Part shown: positions 42,701-52,789 of the stretch, piece by piece | How the letters are laid out: each line of letters opens with the position of its first letter | Numbering within the stretch: position 1 is the first letter of the stretch | Origin: Lingula anatina | Taxonomy: Eukaryota > Animalia > Brachiopoda | Length of the DNA stretch: 64,000 nt | Assembly: GCA_051362555.1 (NCBI GenBank) | Contig: CM120642.1 | Location: 9,424,001 to 9,488,000 of the forward strand | Direction: 5' to 3' | Program-made: the position numbers and the translations under genes | The notes under the pieces: generated by a model | The model's input: only the letters and a program-made list of their open reading frames with translations | The model's database searches: none | What the model was told of the DNA's origin: nothing

Positions 42701-45700
42701 AAATGTTTGCCGTAATTGCACAAATCGTTCTTGTACTGGATTGTGACAGCATAGGCGTGCATCTGTGTTGGCATTTTAATGCGGTCGCTGATAAGTACCA
42801 AAGACGCATTGACGCAACTTTTGTGTTCAATAGCTTGGGTCGATATCATTAAGCGTTGTCCGTGTTCCTGAGAAGCTATATCAATAAGGAAGTCTTCACC
42901 TTGAATGGAAAATCGAGAAAAAATTAATCCACATTGTTGTTAGATTAAAGGGATAGTAACTCTTCGTATGAGATCTATATTTCACAATAAAAATATTGTG
43001 AATAACTCATAGAAATATAATATATTCTGTTTTACCACAAAAACGGCAGTTATAGCTATTATTCTGATATCTGAGCTTGTCTTTAGACCATACTCTGATA
43101 CTCTCTTAAGAGATTTTAACAAAAAACCAAACTTTTTAGAAAAAAAAAACAAAAAAACTTTGAATGTAAAAATGGATTCATTAACCATTGGTAAGTATGG
43201 GAAAATTGTTGTTTACTCCAGGAAAATCATTTTTTGGTCGAAACGAAGAGTTATTATCCCTTTAATGTAGATCACTACGCGTGCCTGCACTAATATTTCC
43301 AAAATTCGAAAAAAGAAATGATATCGAAAAAATAATTGGTGAAGAATCATTATATATGCAATAAATAAATAAATAAATAAATAAATAAATATTGGGACAA
43401 AAAAGTGAAAAATAACCATCATAAACCATAGGATAATACTTAAATATTTGACAAACTCCAAAAACTCCTCAAAATGATAATTGTTCAGGGTTTGATATGC
43501 TACTGTATCCCCAGCTAGTACATATATTTGATAATCGTTGTAACATTTTAAATCCACCAAATTTACCAGTTTTACGTTTGAATATCGATCATTTATATCT
43601 ATGGTCAATACTTGCCCTTTTTCATGTTCATGCCTACGTCATAGAGGTCAACATACTGTACACCTGTAACGTTGGCAGTGGCCTTATCAATGAAGAGAGA
43701 AATCTTTTCGATTGACCCGTCTTGCTTTTTGGTTATGTTATAATTAAGACCACGTTTTCTTAAACGAGCTACCTGAAAACAAAATAGAAAAACGAATGAA
43801 AATTGTAAAAAAAAAAAATTATAATAATGAATAGAAAAGTAGCTACTGTGAAATTTGTAATAAGGAGTTGCCACAAAACATTTTTTAGTATGTTGCCACA
43901 TGTTACTCCTTTTTATTCAAAACTTGGACATTAGTCGATTCTTTAATAGTACTAACCGACAGAGTTAAGACTGAAACGATTTCAACTAATGAAAATGTGG
44001 TTGGATTCACAATCATTGCATTACAAAAAGTCAAAAAACCATATTATTCAAGTCACTTCTTATACTGCTTATACTACACCTGAGGACTGTGGTCATCTGC
44101 ATGAAGGCTAACATCAGGATTTTCAGTTCCTTTTGGCTCCAAAATGAAGCCAACTGTATAGTTTTTAACCACGCCTTTTAATGGCACGTGATACATGATG
44201 ATTGACATGGACCCATTGGACATTGTTAACCTCGAAGAAAGTATCCCAATGTTTTCTTCGGCTACAAAATATCCACATTTTTAATTTTTATAATAAGATA
44301 TGTGTAATTGATTGGTAATTACCTTTAAGTGTTCATAAAGAATTGTACCTTGTAAATAAGTGAAATCATAAAATTGAAATTATTTGGAATAAACTGTTTT
44401 GCTGAAGCATAATAAAATGCACATGATACTCTTAACTAGTCCCACGAGTGATACGCTTCATAAAACGAAAGGCTTTATGAACATTTGTGATATTTTAAAA
44501 CAAGGAAAGAAAAACAATACGATCCAAAACCTTACTGCAGACTTGAACAATTCGTCACCCTTATCAACATTACAGGCGTCATATATTCTGGGCTACGACT
44601 CTGCTATGCGAAAAAACTAATATGCCATAAATTACAAAATTGTTTGAATAATTTTCCACGACTTACTATCCGTTACATGTTGAAAAAAACATCTTAGAAA
44701 GTACACTATGAAATAAGTATTATAGCGAATCTACTTGTATTCATGATAGCATGTGCGTTAATCTTTACCTGATCCGCATATTACGTGTTCTCCAAGAAGA
44801 TAGTCCTTGCCCTCTACATTGTCGTTGTCAAAAAACAATATCCCGCCAGTGGAGCAATCGTCAAAGGAGTATACCGAAAAATCGAAATGGGTAAACCTTA
44901 CGCCAAGGACTTTGTTGTCCAATCTCAGGTCTTCGGTCATTATAAAACGAATGACGCGATACATGGATTCGGCGCCCGTTGCGTAAAATGTATAACCATT
45001 TTCGTTGACAACAACTGTCTCAATAAGAAAGGTCTTTGGTGGATGTTCTGGGTTCAGTTCCAGACACGAAGCTGTCAGACCCTTCTCGCAATGCGAAGGA
45101 AGGTAACTATCGTAAGTGAAATGAAAGGAAAGGTTCTGACTATGCGAAAGAGCCCATTCAAAATGAACAAACATTTGAAAATGGTCTGCGAACAGGGTTC
45201 CGTTGGTTATGGAGTTGTTGCCGCCAAAGGAGTTTCCTCCTGTGTCAGTAGATGAGAAAAGCACGTAACTGTACACTGATGGGTTTTCATATATGCGTAA
45301 CAAAGTACCATTGTTCATGGGTGATTCCATTGTCCAAGACACCCATAATTTTCTACCGACTTCCACTCGTACAAGCCACTCATAGTGTTGGATCTGCTCA
45401 CTTCGCCCCACCAAAAAGGTATCATCTATATTAAATGTGCCGGAGTCGTGGCTAATTCGTCGGTAGGCAGTACCAGGTTCCGTGGATCGTATTCGTTCGT
45501 ACTTGTCTTTGCTCCAAGCATCGTAGTATAAGACAAACCCCGATTTCACAGCAGATAAATCGGTTTGGAATATAATACGAACAAACCGACCGGTGGAGTA
45601 CAATGTGACCGGAAACGTATTCCCACAAAATCGGCCAATTTCATTTAATCTGTTGGCACTGTCATAGATAGCGAGATAGTCATTAACGCAGTTGGGGCTG

Positions 45701-46417
45701 TATTCAATATCTATATGTTGAAGGGAAATCTTGATGTTAGCGTTCAATTCTCTGTCCACTCTTATTGTCCAGTCACACACTTTCCCCGACTGGTATGTGA
45801 CATTACTTCGTGTTTGGTACGTTGACGATGTGTTACTAGAGATTCGCCCGCAGATTGATGTGTATCGTTGCATATCACCACACTGATTATCCGGTCCGGA
45901 TTTCTTGTCACAAACATTGGTGACACAGGCGGCAAACGACTCTATCGCGTAGATCAGGGTGGTCTGATTCACTGGAATTTCAATGAGTAACATTTTTCCC
46001 TTATAATAAAAAGACGGGTGTTCCTCTGATACACTTACTTACAATGAACATCAACAAGACGACAAACCTTTCTTTTGTTAAGTGACGTGACGTGACGTAT
46101 CCTTAAAGCAATAAAAAACAAATTATATATTTCTCATTTGCGCTTAGAAACTAACAATGCATAATCTTGACAGCAAGTTTGCAGACAGCAACTGATCCCT
46201 TCAATATAGCAAATAAGAACTATCAAATGATTGTAATGTAAAGGACAAATTTACCTTGTTTGTCGTAACACTCCTGGGCTATGCGAACAAACTGCTCGTG
46301 CTCCTCGTCTACATTTTCGACCAGCAGTGAGCCGCTTGTAAGGACCACCAAACTGTACACTATTACTTGGAACAGCAAGGACAGGGAGAACTCTAGAGAC
46401 TTGTCAGACAGGAGCAT
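36223..46417 (-). CDS. Paralogue A: giant GRL101-like (LGR type C) GPCR with CUB, C-type-lectin-like, LDLa and LRR ectodomain; 10 coding exons, ~2076 aa
   Basis: Manual splice model (minus): 46417-46255, 45971-44769, 44261-44080, 43772-43616, 42899-42310, 41580-41504, 41292-41175, 40764-40682, 40488-40374, 39765-36223. Total 6231 nt, open frame, phases 1,1,0,1,0,2,0,2,0, identical to paralogue B. Signal peptide; CUB (CDWTIRV..CVNDYLAIYD..GRFCG..FQTDLS..SGF); CTL start CEPHWQLWRANCY; LDLa; LRR; 7TM. Confidence 0.85.
41964..42133. mobile_element. ~170-bp MITE (CAGGGGCGGAT TIR) in intron 5 of paralogue A
   Basis: CAGGGGCGGATCCAG ... CTAAATCCGCCCCTG; near-identical in reverse orientation to 55790-55957. 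Confidence 0.85.
42310..42899 (-). CDS. Paralogue A exon 5 (Cys-containing extracellular segment, no domain recognised)
   Basis: ORF 42304-42849 extended to the acceptor at 42899; aligns with paralogue B exon 5 (FLPL.CG...C.YS, IGM.DDSQE.EYYE.Y.R.RS, TIGSYK|gt). Confidence 0.85.
44769..45971 (-). CDS. Paralogue A exon 2: CUB domain plus degenerate CUB-like segments
   Basis: 411-aa ORF with ttccag|TG acceptor at the position homologous to B and G|gtaaag donor; canonical CUB motifs. Confidence 0.9.
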
Positions 46418-47159
46418 CTTGCATCAAGTTTACCACTCAAGTTTTACCACTGGAAGAATGAAAGGATTCATGGTATAATGTGAATGTGGTTTAGCCAGTG
46501 CATCGCACGCATATCTACTTCTCCTATGATAATGAAAATTGTTCTGATTTCAATTATTAAAACGAAGATTTTTTGAAAACAAATAAATCTTAGGTGACTC
46601 AAAGCTGACAAAAACGTTTTTTATCCTCTGCCCGTGAAACAATTATAAGGTTTGAAATGATCGTGCTATACGGAACCAACCTGCTGCTTGTTCGCCATCC
46701 TCCTGTCTTCTGCTAAACCCTCAACACCCGTTCTGTCTTTTAAGAGCTATACGCAAAGGCGTTTTGTCACGAAAAATAGCGCCGCGGGTAGATTATTGCA
46801 TTTGCACAGAACAAAACAAGATTTGAATACCTTGGAAGTTTTAGCAAAAGTTTTATATCCAAGAGCATTATCAATTCCTCCAGCTCTCACTACGCAAACT
46901 CCACTGGAGTTGGCTCGGCCTAACTTAGCACGCACTGTCAACTGGCTGTTTTAGGAAAATTTCAACCGCGAGTGACCAATTTAATTAGCAAAGTCGTATG
47001 GCATTAGATAGGGGATAAGAAAATAAGAAACCCTATTAACAAGTTTTTTTGTTTATGCTTAAAAAAGGCCATCAATGTAGTAAGTTTACCACTGAACACG
47101 AATTTTTATGTATTCATGTTTTTATTTGTTAATTAATCAATTGATACATACTTAATTAT

Positions 47160-47345
47160 CCTCTTCGAGCCATGGTCGGCTCATTAGGCTTGTCAGCAAT
47201 CTTCGCTATCTCCCTCTATCTTTTGCTGCTGTGCCAGCTTCACCCCGTGTCTGCCACCCTAATTTTTTTTCACTCAGCTTCAGGCCCCCTCTCCAAGGTT
47301 GTTCTTCTCCTTCTCTTTTCCTCGGAATCCCATGTCAGGATATAT
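47160..47345 (-). mobile_element. Decayed 3' end of an RTE-clade LINE
   Basis: Minus-strand translation LTWDSEEKRRRRTT(fs)W.. and GWQTRGEAGTAAKDRGR*RRLL resembles the RTE ORF C-terminus (ALTW.P.GKR.RGRP.TTW...WGEA...A.DR..WR.LV). Contains a frameshift and a stop. Confidence 0.6.
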
Positions 47346-48262
47346 TGTCATCATTCTCTATATTCTTATTGCATGAATTTACCTGATTAACTTAATCTGC
47401 TCCCTACATCATACATGTATGTATATGAATCTCCCGATTTTTTTCCATTTATGTTGTTTATTTACTTTTTAATCTTTTTGTTTTGTATTAAAGCAAGTCC
47501 TCAGAAGCTTCTAGTTTCTTTTTTATCTCTTAAAAGACATGAAGCTCATGCTTAAACTAAAATACTTGCTTTAGACACGAACACTGCTCGAGGCGTTCGT
47601 TCACATTTGAAGTCATCTTCAGTTTCCATTATGGAGTCCAAAAAGCAGAGAAATGGCTTCAAGTAGAGGTGTTAGAGGCAGGAAAATACCATTAATGAAA
47701 AGGAGGTGACACCTGCGCCAAAGCACGAAAAAGGCAATTCAATACTAATTGACTGTACCGTGCGCTTGAAAAAAAAAGGGATCAATACGTTTACTTTTCA
47801 CTAACGTCAGACCTTTGAAGAAAAAACGTCGTTAAAGAAGGGGCAAACAATCTGAAGCATAGATAAGGGTGATACGTGTTGTTGGAATATAAGTTATAAA
47901 TTTTGCTTTCTTATAATGGAACTTACGTCAGTCTTGTCCCACAAAACTATCATTTCTTCGTTTTTGGACGGACACTGAACAATACATAGTATTCCGACAG
48001 AATTTTTATTTTTTAAGGTTCACTGCACTGTACTATAGTGAGTGACACTAGAGGATTTGCACGAAAAACACTTTAATACAACAAATAGGAAAATTTATGA
48101 GAAAATATAAGTATATAATTTTCCCTTTCTTTAAAAACTTTCAGTCCTATTTCTTTCCTTTCTTTTCCTTGATACAGTATTAATACACAGAAAAAATAAA
48201 AAACCCAAAAGATTACACATACAACATTTAAAATAAAAATATTAATGTAATTCAAATACAAA

Positions 48263-48406
48263 AATTAAATAGGACTTTAACACTAAGTGCATATTTACAG
48301 TCCAGCATAAATAGCAATGATATTGTATATAAATATTAAATAGGACTTCACCGCTAAGTGCATATTTACAATTCCATCATAAATAGCATTGTTATTGTAT
48401 ATAAAT
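48263..48406. repeat. 71-bp tandem duplication in the probable 3' UTR/downstream region of paralogue B
   Basis: taggact...ctaagtgcatatttaca...cataaatagca..tattgtatataaat at 48270 and 48341. Confidence 0.85.
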
Positions 48407-49297
48407 GAAATTTAACCAATCATCTTAATATTGTAATAATTATATAATAATACATTAATTTTAAGTCTAATGTCCATCTAAATGTTCAATAGACTTTACA
48501 AAAATACAAGTATTAAGTACACAAGTACTTTAAAATAATTACCAAGAGTAATAAAATATTATAAAGAAAGATTAAGATTCCAGATAAAAACAGCCTTATT
48601 CTCGCATAAAATCAATTACAATTCAATCAATCAATAATGAAATTTACTTATAAGATATGCTTTAATTCCTTTTTTAAATTATCAGTTGATTCCATTGATC
48701 GGTTTTCATTTTGTACCATATTGCATTCCATTGGACCAGCTGACTTAAAAGAGATGTGATGGCATGCTCTCAAGGACACAATTGAAATGTTATTAGAATT
48801 ACATTTACCTATTGCATCATAACATAACGATCTCCATAAAATGCCAAATAGTTCGTTTAACAAACCACAACTTCAAAACTTATATTTTTCTGGGATATAA
48901 AACGGAATGTTTCATATTTTGACTGCCATTTACAAAATTAGCCGACTACACTGTATGCCTGTTTTACAACGAACAAGAAAAATAAAAAATACATTTCTAT
49001 TCACAAGCCTTTTAATGCTCCTTACTTAAAAAAGCATGTTCGTCCTTCCTATGTTCCAGATCAGATTAATTTTCAAAGTCGTTTTCAACAAATGTCTTAG
49101 GGCAAACTTCTCATTTTCAAGCACTTGTCGATCCTAGTTCTTATTTTAGGCAACAATAAACATTGTAAGTGATTCTTTTTAATCTACATATTCTATTGCC
49201 TTCGTTACATCATCATCATTTAAGAAGGGAACTTTTTTCTGTTAGGATTTTTGCTTCTCTACGCAAGTCAGCAATGACGTTTGAAGATCCAATAATC

Positions 49298-52200
49298 TTA
49301 ATTGTCCTTGTCTTCCAGTTTTTTAAGCTGAGCCTGGTGCATGTAAACCTGTGTTTTTGAAGCCTTGTTATCACGCCCTATGGTTGAAAAGGTATATAAT
49401 ATCGGGTTTATGGCGGAGTTGAGTGGCATTACAAAGACCACCATCCAGGCTGTGACAGTAGGGTCGAGAGGGGTATCATTCAAAAGGGACACCACGCCTG
49501 TTATAATGATAGGCATCCAGCAACAGAAATCCGTGGCAATTACGAATGTTATACGCCGAACCAGTTTGGCTTCCTCTTCAAAAGCCTTACCAGCTTGTTT
49601 TCGAGTGCTTCGGACGGTCCAGTAGATGATGATATAGGCAATAGCGATGAAAAGAAAAGCGACAAAATTAGCCACAAGGTATATAGCGGCAGCATATTCC
49701 CAACCTTTCACCTTCCCAGCGGTAAAATTGTATAGCAAACAGACTCCGTTTTTGATGTAATCTTCGGTGCCAAAATACTGCATCCCCAAAACTGGGATAA
49801 CTGACAGAATCACTATGACCACAAATCCAACTCCGACAACTATTCTAGCAGTCTTCATATTCATTCGGCGCTCGATTTTAAATGGAAACAACACAACAAT
49901 GAATCGCTCGTAAGTGATAATTACTAGCATAAAGACAGACATTTCACTAGATACCATGGACATCACCCCTGCAAACTTACACAGCCCAGAGTTTCGCCAG
50001 TAGTCCGACTCAATGGCGTATCTATTTCTGTAGTACACATCAGCCCCTGCTATAATTAGCAAATACAAACCCATAAAGAAATCTGACATTCCTAAGGATT
50101 GAATAAGAAAAGAAACCACCTTTCCCCTCTCCGAGCGAAAGCGCCAAATTATTACCAACGCATTGCCCAAGATAGACAAAATCCCCAAAACCCATATAGC
50201 AATTCGCAAACCAATATTGGCCATTAAATCCTCGCAGGTTGAGAAGGGGTCCGTCCTTGGTTCACAACTTTCTACATACCCTTTAGCTATGCAGCAAAAC
50301 TTAAAGTCGTCAGTTTTAAGAATGGTAGTGTTGGGAAGTGTTGAAAACACATCAATTTTCACTTGACTCAAATCATTTTCTTCCAAATACAAGTATAGCT
50401 CCTCCAAGACATTAAGACCAGAAAATGACTCTTTCCTTAAAGTTTTCAAGTTGTTATTACTGAGGTTGAGGTACCGGAGTCTAGGTTTTATACCAGCATC
50501 AAACTTAAAAGCGTTTTCAGATACATTTCGTATATCTAAATGAGACAAGTTCATGTATGTCAGATTGGTACAGAGAGCGATGGCGCCTTCCTGGACAAAC
50601 ATTATAGGATTGCCAAAGAGTATGAGCTTGCGTAGGGCGAACAATTTGCTGAACACTTTGGATGTAATTACAGTTAACAAGTTATTTCGCAGGTCAAGTT
50701 CGATTAAGTTAACGAGAGGGTCAAAAGTGCCCTTAGGTATAGTCTTTATGTTGTTATTCGCCAGATCCAAGGCACCAAGGCGTCTGTACTGCACAAAGGT
50801 CTCATTTGTCAATGATATGTTGTTCCCGCGAAACGTGAGTGCGCGCAGTTCTCGTGTCGCCCATGGGATTGACGTAAGTCTCTCGCCTTTGGAGCAGTCC
50901 ACGTGACTACCTGAACATTTACACAGCCTACAAGCCTCCTCCATCCCGCAAAATCGCTCATCGTCATGAGTCTTGTTGCAGTGGATGACGCCGTCACATA
51001 CCTTCTCCCAAGGAAGGCAATTTCTCTCTGTGGGACACTTGAACATACCTTTACATTCAAATCTTTTGCAGTAATCTCCTTCGTCGTCTCCTCCTGGACA
51101 GTCCTTTGTACCGTCACAGAGTCTATGTAAAGGTATACAGAACGAGTTTGAGCATTTGTAATGTGTTTGGGGTGGACAGATGAAAGTTTCGCAGTTCTTC
51201 AAATGCGGCCCTGTTCTGCAATGATCGAGATGCCCAAAACTGTCAAGATCAAAGAGACACAGGCTTTCGGCCTGAAAACATCCATATCTTCCAAGACAGG
51301 AAAAGGAGCCTTCGTCGCAAGTGACATTCACACCCGAGATGGTGTATTCCCCGTCTTTCATCTCGTCCTCTGAGGTGAACCCAACACAGTCCACCACGTC
51401 ATCAAAAGTTTGATTAATGGGGATGATATTTCCCGAAAAACATTGGTAAGAAGTGTTGGAGTTGACGTCCGTGATTATTTCATTACATGTCAGCTCGTCA
51501 CTTTCATCTAAGCAGTCCACAATTCCATCACACCACTTAGTTTCCTCAATACACTGTCCCTTATCGCACTCCCGCTCGCCCGGCAAGCACAGGTGTTGCG
51601 TGCACCATTTTTCATCGGAGCCATCGTGGCAATCTTCTACAAAGTCGCAAAATTTTGCCCATGGTATGCACATTGGGGAAGAATCGTCATAAGTCTCACA
51701 GTAGAAGTAAGCTTTAGGACCCTCTTCGGGTTCTGGTTTCACACAAGCATCGCAGTTCTTTTCGTCTTCTCCGTCCAAGCAGTCTCGTATTCCGTTACAT
51801 CTGTAGTGGTGCAAAATACACCCATCGTTACACGCAAAAGTAAGATTCGGGTTACATGACGGCTTCTGTGGAGGTTCCCCGACCTCTTGTACGCAGAGGG
51901 CATCTTGTAAATCACGAAGGAAGAAGCTGTACTTCATCTCGTACAGTTCCCCTTCACAAGAGTTAACGAACGCCCACCTTTCGTTTGTTACCTTGTCGGT
52001 CTTGTCCCAAGCTATAATCTCTGGGACATACTGAAGAGATATACAACCTTGATTGTTGTCTTCCTCAACGTTGATCTTTACCCCAGGCCCGTAAGGGCGA
52101 CGCCATAGTTTAAGATGTTGCTCAATTAGGGGTATATCAGACTGGTTTACGGTAGCCAGGGTCGCTTGGTTGTCCTGACACGAGGCACTTGCAACACTGT

Positions 52201-52789
52201 GCAACACTTTGGTACGCTCACGACAGTCGGGTGACATCATCATGGTCCTGTTTACTGCACACATGACATCAATATCTGCGGCCTGGTTGCGTAGACTTAT
52301 CAGCCTATAACACTTAAAGCCATCGGTAGAGGGCAGATTGATCGCAACCCAACCTGCGGGACACTTAAATTCAGCCCATACAAGCCTGCTCCGAGACCCA
52401 TGCGACACGCTGGTGTAAGCTGTTTTACTTTTCATCTCAGGAAATCTATTAATAATGTTCCTATCATTGGTGTCTTTCTGGCATATGAAACTGGCCTTGC
52501 AGAATGGAAACTCGCAGGGTATCTTGATCCAGTTTGTAGAAGTGTGTGTGTCTGTAAAGACCATAGCCGTGCACCGTGTAGCCTCGTGGCTAAATGGCTG
52601 CAGTTTATCCATGTCTACGAGGGCGCGGTCGCTAATAGCGGTTGCCACAGTGTTCTTCTTCCCGTCGCAGATAGGCTGATTTTCTTCTAAAAGCAATCGC
52701 CCTTCCAAAAGATACCGGTTTTCTTGGTAGTTGTACCAATCTGCAAACCCCATCACGCTTTGGTCAAGCCACGTGTACTTTTTGTTTAT
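49298..52789 (-). CDS. Paralogue B terminal exon: CTL end, CTL2-like, LDLa, LRR, 7TM
   Basis: 1165-aa ORF with acceptor tttgcag|ATA; collinear with the 36223 ORF (e.g. DYIKNGVCLLYNFTAG.VKGWEY, DTPLDP, MPLNSAINP). Confidence 0.95.
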   Translation of the reverse strand: MNKKYTWLDQSVMGFADWYNYQENRYLLEGRLLLEENQPICDGKKNTVATAISDRALVDMDKLQPFSHEATRCTAMVFTDTHTSTNWIKIPCEFPFCKASFICQKDTNDRNIINRFPEMKSKTAYTSVSHGSRSRLVWAEFKCPAGWVAINLPSTDGFKCYRLISLRNQAADIDVMCAVNRTMMMSPDCRERTKVLHSVASASCQDNQATLATVNQSDIPLIEQHLKLWRRPYGPGVKINVEEDNNQGCISLQYVPEIIAWDKTDKVTNERWAFVNSCEGELYEMKYSFFLRDLQDALCVQEVGEPPQKPSCNPNLTFACNDGCILHHYRCNGIRDCLDGEDEKNCDACVKPEPEEGPKAYFYCETYDDSSPMCIPWAKFCDFVEDCHDGSDEKWCTQHLCLPGERECDKGQCIEETKWCDGIVDCLDESDELTCNEIITDVNSNTSYQCFSGNIIPINQTFDDVVDCVGFTSEDEMKDGEYTISGVNVTCDEGSFSCLGRYGCFQAESLCLFDLDSFGHLDHCRTGPHLKNCETFICPPQTHYKCSNSFCIPLHRLCDGTKDCPGGDDEGDYCKRFECKGMFKCPTERNCLPWEKVCDGVIHCNKTHDDERFCGMEEACRLCKCSGSHVDCSKGERLTSIPWATRELRALTFRGNNISLTNETFVQYRRLGALDLANNNIKTIPKGTFDPLVNLIELDLRNNLLTVITSKVFSKLFALRKLILFGNPIMFVQEGAIALCTNLTYMNLSHLDIRNVSENAFKFDAGIKPRLRYLNLSNNNLKTLRKESFSGLNVLEELYLYLEENDLSQVKIDVFSTLPNTTILKTDDFKFCCIAKGYVESCEPRTDPFSTCEDLMANIGLRIAIWVLGILSILGNALVIIWRFRSERGKVVSFLIQSLGMSDFFMGLYLLIIAGADVYYRNRYAIESDYWRNSGLCKFAGVMSMVSSEMSVFMLVIITYERFIVVLFPFKIERRMNMKTARIVVGVGFVVIVILSVIPVLGMQYFGTEDYIKNGVCLLYNFTAGKVKGWEYAAAIYLVANFVAFLFIAIAYIIIYWTVRSTRKQAGKAFEEEAKLVRRITFVIATDFCCWMPIIITGVVSLLNDTPLDPTVTAWMVVFVMPLNSAINPILYTFSTIGRDNKASKTQVYMHQAQLKKLEDKDN

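Noticed and set aside
44535-44605. Possible extra small exon in A intron 2 (IYDAC, similar to LYDGC near 58510 in B)
   Set aside because: Available acceptors give a stop or the wrong phase; exon 2 joins exon 3 in frame in both genes.
45972-46037. Alternative in-frame acceptors for A exon 2 (46025, 46037)
   Set aside because: Phase-compatible but with poor pyrimidine tracts; 45971 matches the paralogue's junction.
49215-49330. Possible frameshifted longer C-tail for paralogue B (..DLRREAKIL)
   Set aside because: Only weak similarity to the tail of A; the existing tail length is comparable; no evidence of an error.
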